Shown: one piece after another, positions 1 to 12,700 of the stretch
How positions within the stretch are numbered: position 1 is the first letter of the stretch
Layout: each line of letters begins with the position of its first letter
Assembly: GCA_965153285.1 (NCBI GenBank)
Contig: OZ229114.1
Source of the DNA: Podarcis tiliguerta
Taxonomy: Eukaryota
Reading direction: 5' to 3' (one strand)
DNA: 64,000 nucleotides
Notes under the pieces: generated by a model
What the model was told of the DNA's origin: nothing
The model's input: the letters and a program-made list of their open reading frames with translations, nothing else
The model's database searches: none
Translations under genes and position numbers: made by a program

Positions 1-620
1 ACATGTCCTCTATACTCTTCTCCATGGTTTTTAAAAAAGCTTCAACCCTGCTCTCCAAGTAGTGTGGAGGTTTTTCTGACTGGATGATAAATCGTAGTCC
101 TTGGATACCATTTGCCCGCCGTGGACCACTGAACACAATGTAACCTTGGAAAAAACCAAATAATTCATTCTGTTAGACTCACTAAATAAATAATTAAAAA
201 AGACAGAAGGGGTTTGTATTTCTGCCCTTGAATTCTGGCCAAATTCTAACATAACCATTAGTGCCTTAAATGGCCTTACATCGAGTGAATAGATGATATA
301 ACTATCGTAACTAATCTCAGGTTTTAGCTTTCGTGCAAGCTAATGGAGGGATCTCACATTATGCATTTTGACCATGAAGAAAACAGCATGTATATTAAAA
401 CTGTATAAATCACTTTCATGATTCTCCTGTATCTCTTTGAAACAGTGATTTCATTGATTTGTCACTGAGCATGAAGGGCCCCAAACCAGCAATAAGATTC
501 CACAGCCATCACATGGACAGCACATTACATTGAACTATAGTGGCTGAAGTATACAATCCAATTTCTGCTCACTATAACAATATTTAGGTGATCTATGGAG
601 AGAGGCAATCTATTATTTAC

Positions 621-788
621 CTAACTGTTCTTTAGTGCGCAGAGTATTGAAGCAAGGCTCCGAGATGATTTGACAGAAGAGCTCCAAAAACATATTCTCT
701 GAGGTGCTTTGCATATCTGTTTGATAATATATTTCAATGCCACAATTGTTATGAACCTCGTTCCTCTGTTGATAGACGAACCAACCTC
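621..788 (-). CDS. IDE: IDE exon 20 ([56 protein letters not shown])
   Basis: ttag| acceptor, |gtaaat donor, 168 bp. Confidence 0.96.
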   Translation of the reverse strand, partial: EVGSSINRGTRFITIVALKYIIKQICKAPQRICFWSSSVKSSRSLASILCALKNS

Positions 789-3700
789 CTAAAAAAACAT
801 GAAAATGATGTAAAGGGTCATTTTGAAAGATGGTCAAGCAGGGAACCATCCATCGTCAACAGAATTTGAATGGAAGGGGAAATATATTTTCTTCTCTAAA
901 CTAGTGTACATCACATAGAGAGTATAAGTACTCTATATAAATGCAATCTGGAGGCCCAGGACTGAAATGAATTACTTTTTCTAGTCATGGTTTCTTTGTT
1001 CCATGAGCAAAGAACTTCAGCTTATATTATTATCAGATGCATAATTACCCCAAACAATGCCAGTGACTGATTTGGTAAACAGTAGTTCCCGTTTCCACAT
1101 TAGCAACTAGCCCCAAAATGGCACAGGATCTGCCCATGATGCACCTCTACACATTGCTATCCATTTTCTGACTCTGCAGTGCTTAACTCTTTGCACTGTC
1201 AATAAATTCAGGATATATATTTGAAAGTTAAATACTGAGACTTGAGTGATTTCATTTGTATAGTAATTCTGTACTCTATTCAGTGAGGAAAACCTTTTCT
1301 TCCAAAACTAACACAGAGATTCACAACACAGACCTAGATTATTGTTGCCAAAAATATATATCATTTTGGCGTTGATTTTGAAATATTTGCCATGCAGTAC
1401 TGAAAGCAAGTCACTTTCTAAAAACAAATCAAGAAATTTCATCCTGACTTATTGCAAATGTAAGCACCATGAACCTCAGCTTTATATGTTTTATAGCTTA
1501 TGTCCAAATGGACAACTTACTGTCAGGCAGCTGTACTTCTCTATACCTTACAAGCTGGCTCGGAAGCAGAGGTTTTGTATGAGCATGCTCAATGAGAGTG
1601 TCTTCAATCATTTGCATAATTCCTAATGCAGCCTGGAAGAGAAGAAATTCATCAGAGAGTTTATTCATCTCCTGGCAATTGTCCATGTGGTAGCGCACAG
1701 AAGGATAACAGGTATTAGGGGAAATGGCGAAATTAGAAAGGAAAAGGAGATGACTAATTGCAGCAGATGCAAGCATTAGGAATGCAAAGCCGAGTTAGTA
1801 CGTGTGACAGCTATGAAGCACGCAAAACTGAAAGGCTGAATCTCTGTTTCTACATTATGTTTTAAATACTTTTAGAAAACAAGATCAACTTTTAAATAAA
1901 TAAATAAATACACACACATTTGATATGCAATGCCTGTGCCCTACATTTTAGCACACAAGGCTGAATTGTTTTTTCCTCCCTGCCACCCCTCTTCATTTAC
2001 AGAAAATATATCAACTCATTGCTACTTTGATGTCCACAGCCAGCATCTGCTGTATCATGGGTCCAAGGGCCCCATATTACTCTTGTCTCCTACTCTTCTG
2101 CATTTGGTTTCTGAAAGTTTAGTGAAACCACACAATTCCTTAGTTCCCCCTTCATTTCCTACTTTATGCATTGATTAAGTTCCAAGTCCATGGTCCTCTT
2201 AAGCCTGTAACTATGAGAGACGTGTATGCATCATGGGGCTAAAACAATACAGCTGCACAAACAGCAAAAATGCCTTTGACAAGCCAATGTTATAAAACCC
2301 TTTGACCATCTCCAGAGAGGAGTCTTACTTTCTGGAGTTGATATCAAAATCACTATGCATTAAAGTACCAAAGAAAACCTTACGATAATGAGAAACAAAT
2401 CTTTAAAAAAGCCTGAAGTCAATCTAGGGAAAGCCTTTATAGAGGAAACAAACCCATCAAGATGTATTGAAATTAAATCCAAAATAATAAAGGCTGTTAA
2501 AAGCTAACTGTGCTTATAGAGATGCAAAACTCCAAAGCCTTTTTGAAAGATAGAGTCATATTCAGATATGCAACTTCAAAATGAAAACTACAAGGCTGGG
2601 TCAACTGATCTGAACTCAAGAAAATCTCATTTAAAATGTGCTTTCAAATTCAGTAAGCCAAAACCTTTTGGATTCTTACCTCACAGAAAGTAACCTTGCA
2701 TAGAAAAGAAAACATTTTAAAACGCTAAACCAGGGTGTGGTTTGATTAAACAAATAGGAAAGCCACTTCCTCTTCCATGAAACCAAATATCCAGGTATGG
2801 TAGATGTAATTGTTCACTGCGCAGTTCACTATCTGGGGAGACTCAAATAGTTTTTACTAGTTCTTAATGGCTCATGCGGGAGGACTTTGAGACCTTGCCC
2901 TTTTGGTTTGCCTTAAGTCAAATTATTTTACCATTACTATGGCATTAAGGGTTATTTTAAGATGCTCAGAAATAAGTGAGCTGGACATGCTCATTCACTG
3001 TTGCCTCTTAACATAAAATATACACAGTTTCTACAGATACAGTACCTTAAAGTTTTTTCTACAAACATGGCTGTTGGTATCTTCCTCTTACTTATTTTAT
3101 CCAACCAATATACGCAATACAGAGCTGTCATACTTAGTGCAAATATGCAAGACCCTAGTCTCATTTTACAGGTAGGTATGGAAGCAAACTAGCTCTATAA
3201 TTTCATCAAAAGTACCATTAACATCGCTGCATTAAACTCCTTTGCTAAGATAATATTCAAACATCTCACAAAGCTGTACCACGCAATCTTATACTATAAC
3301 ATTAAAGTCACAATGTCTATTATTTCCAGCTCACAGACTGCCATTTAACATTAGCCACTGACTTCATTCTCAGCTATTTTAAATGCATGCTCTTGGTTCA
3401 AATTATATGCCTGTTTGAGAACTTAAGTGTGTGGATCTAGCATTCAATTTTACAGCCTTATTTTATCACTGAAGCAGACTGCACAGATACCATGAAGTAT
3501 AAACTGCCTGAAAGCTCATTCCAATACATGTTGGAATGCAAGTCCTTTGAACATTCAAGTAGTTTTGCTTGATTTTAAGAAATCACTTAACAGGGTCAGT
3601 TACTTATCTGGGACAAAAAGGAAGCATCACACAGCCAAACAGTTCAATCTTGAATGTGAAAAGTATGCTTAAAGAGACATCACAGATATGATTGTGCACC

Positions 3701-6700
3701 TGTACTGTCCCCAAGATATGTAATAAGAAACAGAAACTTAAGTCTGGGATACAGCATTGTGCAGATTTCATTTCAAATAGATGTCATAGCCTTTCTGTGT
3801 TATTTTATACTCTTTTCTCTAGTTAAAGACACCCACAGAACAATATTGGACAAGCAAACCTGTAAGAGAGACTCACTGACAGAAAAGCTTATGAAGATTT
3901 AAAAAGCAAGCATGGATCAAAAGATAGAGAAACTTAAGTAAACCCTTGATTTTACGTACAATTATCAGTATAAATCTGCTTCTGGTGAAAAACGTATCAA
4001 ACCAACCTGTTTTGTTATATTGCCATGGAGAAGTGCTTCAATGTGTAACCGTGACAACAGCTGAGAAATAAAGGCCTTGAGACGGGGAAGGGTGACATCT
4101 ACAATAGATATTTAGATGTTTAAAATCAATCACATTTTCCATTTCGAAAAACAAGGCCTATATCATCCTAAAATGCAATACATGTCTTAGAAGATGACAA
4201 AGAAATTTATAATAATCAACAAAAGTCAGTGGGAGTTTTCTTCACAAATATTCAGGTTTGGGAAAGTTTCCAGGACAAAATTGCAGTGCTCACTGCGTAG
4301 TTTGCCTTGCTTAGAATTCACATGTTATTTGACCCAGATTCCAACACAGAAAAGAAAAGAGAAAGGCAGACAGACAGACTATGCTGCACTGCAGTTAGGC
4401 TAAACAGACATCCAGCCTCAAAATAGTAACAGTCATTCAGGTGGTGGCTGAAGATAAAGCTTAAGCTGTTAACTACATAAAAGAACATGTAGTTTATCAT
4501 TCCCCATCATCTTGACAGCAATTATTTCTGAATGGCAGTTTCAGAGATTGGTGGTTATTTTGAAATTAATTAAACTTTTCATAGATATGTATGGTAGGAT
4601 TAATGCCTTTAGCTACAGGCACATCCAAACACCCACTGAAACACATGTGAGTGTAGATGAATGTAAATGGTGAATACAAGTTTAAGTGCCACCAGAGTGG
4701 ATTGTGGCAATCAACCTTAGAAACTAAACAATCAGCATAACCTAGATTTCACACCTCCACTCCCTTGTAGAAGTGTACAAAGGGAAAGATGGGACACATA
4801 CACAGGGGTCAGGGGGTGAGGAGAGAATGTGGGAAAGAAATTTCTTCCTCCTGCCTGTCTACAGCCAGGCATATGGATCACTAGTAAATAGATGCTGTGT
4901 GGATAAGATCTCTGATATCACTGATGGTAAGGTAGAGAACATAGGAATGCTGTATTTGGGGTTGTTCTTGAGGATGCAGCTACCGCAGAATGATTATGCT
5001 GGCTGTTACACAGGGAGGCAAGAAGCAATCATATTGCAACAAATTCTGCACTGACTGATGGTTATCTGCTTAGCCCAATTCAAGGTATTAGTACTGGTGT
5101 ACGAGACCTCTTCAACCTGGGATCCAAGTATTTAAAGGAGCGCCTCCCCTGATAACTCCCAGCCCAGCCTATGCTCCAAGACCTGTGGAGGAAGTCCTGC
5201 TTGGGTGCTGCTGGAGGGCGAGGCCCATGGGGTGGTGAAGTGGAGCAGGGCCTTCTCAGTGATGGACTTCCACTTATGGAACCCCCTCTCAACTGAGATT
5301 ATATTGACTAGACGGTGCTGATGTTTCAGTGTCGCTTAAAGACAGTGCCGCATGCAATGAAGTTGTCCCATTACAGCAAGGACAACAGGGGGGGGCAACA
5401 TAGGAGGGCTCTTGTCTTCATGTCCTGCCTGTAAGCATCTCCAATGGCATACAGATGACCACTGCTGCAAACAGAATGCTAAATTAGAAGGATGTTTGAT
5501 TTCATCCATAAGACCATTTAGCACATCTGGCCCTGAAGATGTGTATGGGGACTAGGTTGGATTGGATAGTGATTTCCCCTTTGCTTCATTCTCTGTTGCT
5601 GTCAATAGAATCACTCATGAGTTTGTGTTGGCCCAGTTCTTTTGTCTGATAACAGACATGGGCTTCTAAGTGGAGCAGCGTGAGCCCTGAGTGAGCTATG
5701 TGGCTGCAAACTGGAGTGGGTGAATTAAATATCTGCTGCTTTCTTCCCGAGACCTATATTCTGCCCTGCCCCATGCAATGTTCCTGAACAAAGTGGAGCA
5801 AATTGTACGAGTCTGGCTGAGAGTATAAAACAAATATTACTGTGCTTGCCTTTGTCTTGAAAGAGACTGAGTGTTTACAGAGTTCACAGACTTAATATGA
5901 CGGAGGTTCAGCTTGCCAAACTGGAAAAGCACCAACTCTGCTTGGTGAGCAGATGAGTGGCAGTGCCTGTACCTTTCTCCGATGTTCTGATTTTCCCTAG
6001 ACTCAAAGAAAATTGATGAGCTAGAACAGCTGCATCTCTGGACTTTTAAAAGGTAACAGGGAAACAGGACTTGAGAGTGGAAGAAAGGAATGGCATTCAG
6101 CATGCTGGGGTTCTGAAAAGTATTTGGAAATCTCATCTGAAAACAGGAATATTCAATGTACTGACATCTAGGTGTTTTGCACTACAATTCACATCATTCC
6201 TGAACTATATTGACTGACTATATACTGACTATATTGGCTGGGGTTAATGGGAGTTAAGAGTCAAACATGGGGGGGGGGGGCACAGTATTGGAGACCCCTC
6301 TCCTAGGACTATCAAACAGAATTTTAGAACTGCACAACTGCAACTGTAAAAAAAATAAGAGGCAAATTATATATCCATGGGTCATACTGCATAACCACTT
6401 CTTCCACAGGAATATGGAATTAATTTATTAAAGTGTTTTTATGCTGTCCAGATCCCAGAATTTAAAAGGCACTCTTTAAGGGCAGATTGTTTGAACTAAA
6501 TGAAGCCGCAGTTAGGGGGATTAAGTTCTTAAAATCTGTCTGCACCAAAACTGTGGGACTTTTCTGTGAGGGACTTCAAACTTCACATCTGAGCATACTT
6601 TTGGAAGCTTATGATCTTCTTGGATTGACTAGTTATTGCTGGTGGATAATTTTAAACTAGATATATTTTAGAGAAAGATATTTTGATGATTATGCTAAGC

Positions 6701-9700
6701 TTCTTCACAATGGACTTATTTTAAATGCTTAAAGCTTTGTTATTTTAATATTCCCTCTGTAACAAATGTGGTTTTGGTTATCATTAAGGATTATTTAAAT
6801 TCTAAATTTAGATCTTAAAAACCTAGAACATGACAATAAGGTTTTAAAAGGTTTTCTCACCACCACTAAGTCAATCTAGATTACTAAAAATCTCCATACC
6901 CTCCATAGAACAGTAGTATGAATGCAGATACTATTTAAGGCTGAGATGAAATTAAAATACTTTGCTCAAAGTTCAGTTGAGATAAAAAATGCTTGACTAA
7001 TAGACAATTATAAAATCAAAACAAGTAAAAATACACATTAGATAGAAAAGATGTAGTTAAAATGGGCAAAATATATAAACTGGCAGCAGCTCACCGTCTA
7101 AAGCTTCTTTTAATTCATCTTTGGTCCAGGCAACTTCTGTCATCAGTAGTCGGAGGTAATACATGGCATGCTGGTGTGGTTGTTCAGCTCGGAAGTTATT
7201 AAGCGACCGCATGTACTAACAAGGTTAAAATTAAATAATGGTTAAGAAATGAAGATTTGCAATGAACGTTGCCTGATGTTTTGATGTTCTATATTCAAAT
7301 TATATGGTCAGATAAAAGAAATAAAGATGGGCAGGGCTCCCTCTTAACTGAGATCATATCATAGTTTGAAGCTGGATCGCAAATCATTATTCATCCATGA
7401 TTAAAAGGTTCCCCTGACTAGCACTCATCAACCAATACTGGGGCCAATAAAACACATCAGGAATTTGCCTGTAATTGATGAGCAACTGGCAGGTGGAGGA
7501 GAAGAAGCATGGGATCTTGTGGTCTGTTCCTAATCTCTGAACCAGCACTAAGGGATGGGAACAGAATATATGTGCTGGCTAGAGGAAGAGAACTACAGAA
7601 AGACAGAGTCATAGCTGAAAAAGCCCTCACTAAATTTAATTGACTTAAATCTTATGGATGACTACTCTGAAGTCACATTATTTTCAAATGGAGCTTACTC
7701 TCAGGCAAGTGTGCAAATGACGACAGTCCAAGTGTGGCACCAATCATTGCCCCCAGCAGTTTTATACCTTTCTGCAGGCATATGTACATTCCCTACACAT
7801 TGTTCATAACTTGTTTGAACTTTTAGGCTCCTGTACACCCCCTCCTGCCTTCAAGGAATGAAATATTGCATGTATGGTGTCTTCCCCTGCTTGATATTCT
7901 GATTTATAAGGATCAAAGTCAAGTTCAAGATAGCTTACCGCCTCCTTGATAATTTCAAATCTTTTTTCATCAATCTCAAAGGTAGCCATTTTCTCAACAA
8001 TCTTCTTGAGCAGGATATGCTGCTTGTCATTGTAACCTTTTACGGAAAGCTATAGGAAAAGGATATATAAGCTGTTATGTGTTTGAAATATTCTGTTTTC
8101 TAGAATTCTAGATTGTCCATCAAAGCAGTAAACAGCAACTTCTTAACACTGGGAAGCATTCTCCCTTATTTCACCAGAAATACTAAGGTTTGCCCTTTAC
8201 TACATCGAAGTCTATGTGTGATATTATTACTGCTTTACTTTTTCCCAGGGCTTAACATCTTCTTTTACAATTACAAACCAAAATTATAGTGGAAAACCAA
8301 TATTGTTCCATGCTGCAAAGCAATGCTTCAAACGTCAGGGAACAGAAAACGGAATGAAATGTTGTTGCAATTTCCCAGGATTAAAATCAGAAAAGCAATA
8401 TGCTAATTGGAATGAAAAGAGTAGTTTATCATTCTTCTTCCAAACGAAGAATAAAAGTATCCTAGGAACCCAAATCTAGAAAAGAATATAGGAAAGAAAA
8501 ACTTCTGTTCCATAGTTAATAAAGCAGAAGAGTCCATTATATACTGATTTTTAAGAAGTAGGGACTTACAAATGTTTAAGACATCAAGATGACAGGCTCA
8601 TAAAATCATTGCATAACTCGGTTGACCACCATACACACAAGGCTGTATAGAACGCAGTGCCAACTGGGTGCTGCTTGTGCAATGTGACTTCAGTTTCCTC
8701 TCCCTTTCCTGCCCCACCCCAACATGCTGCACAGGCTTCTCCCCCCTTCTGGAGCTTACTCTGAAGGTGTATAGGGAGCTAGAGGGGACAGGAGAAGAAG
8801 AAAAAAGAGGATTTGCAGGTACTGATGACCAGCAGCATCTGCAAAGCTCCTTGCGCATATAAAGGATAAAACCTTTGTTTTAGCAACACCTTGCTGCCTG
8901 CAAGATGCACCTACTCACCTGTCATTTGTGATGTCTGGTGACTGGTATGTGGGAGGCTCTGCCAACCTTGCAAACTAAGCCACTGAGGCAGATCCTAATA
9001 AGGATCTGGCCTATGAAGTCAAAAGGGCTCCCCAACCCCTGTGCTACATGATGAAAGAAATTAGAACGGACTTGACTCATATTGACTAGATCCCAGGTTG
9101 CAGTCTGAAAACATAACACCTTGGCAACCTTGCTGATGCTAAATAGGTCTGATCAGGAGAGAGGCTGCTGAACAACACTTTGTAAACCACACCGAGTTCC
9201 ATGATGGAAAAAATGGCAAGCTACAAATGTAAATAAGCAAAAATACTATAAAACTGTGCTGTTTCCCCCCAGCCAATTTTAGCACTGAAACCAGTACATT
9301 AAAAAGCATGCTTTTTAGCAGCCCCATGTTTCGTCAGATAAAGAAAATATATGACCTACGCAGAGATTACTGGAGTCTTAAAAGTAAGTGCAATGTTTTG
9401 GGAAAGTTTAGGAAAGAAATAGTCATGTACTCATGTGTTATATAAGGAGCCTGTTTCACAAGTCATCTTGATCCTGAAATGCAGTCTTCTCTTACCAATG
9501 ATGCAGTTAGTAATATTTAGTGAATTGCATGTCTGATGAAGGTGGTTCTGGCACACAAAAGCTCATGCTGCAATAAATGTATTAGTCTTCCAGATGCCCT
9601 GCAGTACTTTGGTGGTGGCTGGGGGTTTTTATTTTTTTAAGTATACATTAGGATCTAAATGACTGAAAGCCAGCAGAACTCCATGTTTAACTAAAAACAT

Positions 9701-12700
9701 AGCAAGTCTTTCAAGGTTACTATACTATACAAATGAGTAAGAAATGCAGATCAGTAATGCATCAGCACACTTCTCAGTCATAAAAAAAACCATTCCAATC
9801 ATGGCCAAACCATTCAATAAATGGTTATAAAACTGCACAAGTCTCACGCCCTTATGATAGGGATGCAAAGGACAAAACCAGGAGCCATTTTTCCAAGCAG
9901 CACTCAACTCTCACGCCATCTACTTTTTGCTTGTTCACCNNNNNNNNNNNNNNNNNNNNNNNNNNNNNNNNNNNNNNNNNNNNNNNNNNNNNNNNNNNNN
10001 NNNNNNNNNNNNNNNNNNNNNNNNNNNNNNNNNNNNNNNNNNNNNNNNNNNNNNNNNNNNNNNNNNNNNNNNNNNNNNNNNNNNNNNNNNNNNNNNNNNN
10101 NNNACTAACAAAAAAGAAAAACAAAACAAAAGGATGCTTTGATACTTCAAGGAGCGACACGGTAATGGATGAAGAAACATGACTGAAGAGTATGTATATG
10201 CAGCCTCATAACCAATATTCTCGGGAGTGAAACACTGGGAATTTGATTTCTCTTTCGGAATTTGATTTCTCATTGCAAATATTCTGGGGAATGACGTAAA
10301 ATGAAGTGCAAAAATTGCTGAATGCGAATGGAAATGTTGAAGACTCCAGAAATTTCAAATTATGAGAAAGTATAGCTAGAAATCAAGGTTGAAAAAGAAA
10401 CTGAAAAAAACAGGTTCTCAATTGGAAAAGCCATTGAAAAATTGCTTCCAGCAAATCAATTTTTTTCCTTCTGATTAGTGGAAGTAAATTTAAGGCTTTT
10501 AAGATTNNNNNNNNNNNNNNNNNNNNNNNNNNNNNNNNNNNNNNNNNNNNNNNNNNNNNNNNNNNNNNNNNNNNNNNNNNNNNNNNNNNNNNNNNNNNNN
10601 NNNNNNNNNNNNNNNNNNNNNNNNNNNNNNNNNNNNNNNNNNNNNNNNNNNNNNCCACGTAAGCAAATGGGCTGGAAGAAAATGTTGAAAGTAAAATATC
10701 TGCTGCAATTACTTCCCAGTTCTGCTAGATCCTCCATACTGGATCTCAAGGACACAGTAAAAAAGAAAATCCTGCTTCCTGTTATGAGAATATTAAGACA
10801 GTATGTGAACACAAACACATGGCTAAAGGGGAAAAGATTGATTTAACAATTCCATACTGAGACAGACACACACAGATGTATTACATCTATGTTAAATCTA
10901 CTGCATAAGATTACACAAAACCGTTTTTAGCCCACATTATTCTGAATTTGTTACAAAGACAAATGCTTACAAACAAGTACAAAACATATGTAAAACACTT
11001 AAAATATACAATGAGTTAAAAATCGCCACAGTGGATAAATCTAAAAGCTTGCCAAGTAGGACAGTCTCACACTTAACTTGCTTGTCATCAGGATTAAACC
11101 TCACTGAACACAGCTGCTGGTTTCACAAAATCAGGAAATAGCGCAGTTATAGGTTTGCTACCAAACCACTGGCATTTTCTATATTAGGCACAAAAATATC
11201 AAAGTTTTGTATTTAGCTATAGCACATAACGCTACCCTGATATATTTTTGCAATATCCCAATGAGGAAGAGTACGCTGCACAGACTTCCAAAGGTAAAGA
11301 CAACTCAAAGACTCAAGTCATGTTTCAACAATACTGCTTTGCACCAACATATTAAGAGTGACAAACCAGATTAAGAGCAGAAGTAATTTGTGTACAGTAT
11401 GGTCTAATATCTATTATGGATATATACATATAGCAGTTAAAAATATGAAATCATCAACATCGCCCAAGTAAATTGTTCACAAAGCAACATTTCTTACTGA
11501 AGAATTCTATCATAAGTAAAATACAAAAGTACAACAATATTCAGCATGTTAAAGCAAAATAATAATTATGGGGCAGAATAATGATTCAAAGAACAAAACA
11601 TTTAATTAAAACCATGCATCTCGTTTTGAAGAAAAATCAGAATGTTCTTTTAATAATGTGAAACAAGTGACTCTTTGCACAATGATTTCTGACATGCAAA
11701 CCAATGCTATTTATTCAGAAGTTAAGTTTCACTGGGTTCAATCAGACTTACTCCCAGAAATGTATGCGGCCTCAATATATGTTAAAACTCACTGGACAAT
11801 GTTGCATTTTCATATACATCTTATCTCAAGGCTATTATTGTAGAGACCCATCACAAGCAGAAACAACATAATCATTTTTAAAACCTTTTCAATACAAAAC
11901 TCATCAGAAGATAAAGAAGTTTGGGGGGGGGTGACTGCATTTTACTTAATATAGGAATTATCATTTCAAGATACATAACCACCCAAGTTTCTATCTATAA
12001 ACTCTCTTACAAAACTAAGCAGTACTGCAGTTCACATGCTTTCTCAAAAATCAAAATGGGACCATGAAATTAGCTAGCAATTATATTAAGTGTAAAAACC
12101 TAACTTACTTGGTTTTATCTTAAATTTCATTTTCAGTGCTGTAAACTGTTAAGTATGCTTCAACTTTAACAGGTAATTTGACTTCAAAACCAAGCAATTT
12201 CACCAAAGTAAGTTTTTAACTGGTCTATACAAATATCCCCAGCTCATAATGCTCAGCCTTCCTTATGAATTGAGCAGCATTACACTGGGAAATTATCAGG
12301 CTTATGAGCATATTTAGCTCATAAGCAGCTCTGGAACATATATTTTCTGTCTGAACGTTCAGCTGCTTTGGGAAAACTACACACTACATTCCAGACACGA
12401 CAGAAAACGGAGGCTTTGCAGAAAGGCACCCTGGTTGTTGCTAACCTTACAAGTAAGTTTATACTATAGGGATGGTGAGTCGAGGCTCACAGATTAGAAA
12501 GGTGTGCTTGGGCCCTCTTGAGATCCCAGTGACATTGAATCAAGAGTGCAACAGAGTTTCCAAATTGGGGTATGTGAGAGCTATTACCTGAGGGGGGGGA
12601 ATATTATTAGCAATGTTAGCAAATCACAATTTCAAATTGAGTAATTCATCATCACTAGATACAAAGGGAGACCTCTGTGGGTGATCAGTTGTACTGCACT

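Noticed and set aside
7216-7245. U12-like branch point ttcttaacc before IDE exon 17
   Set aside because: The upstream donor is GTAAGC (U2 type), not RTATCCTT; the exon-15 donors are in N and cannot be assessed
10474-10482. Distant branch point (ccactaat) close to the 15a donor as a steric mechanism for exclusivity
   Set aside because: Many AG dinucleotides lie between it and the 15b acceptor, so there is no AG-exclusion zone
9821-10846. Long ORFs in the ORF track around the gaps
   Set aside because: Artefacts of translating through N runs
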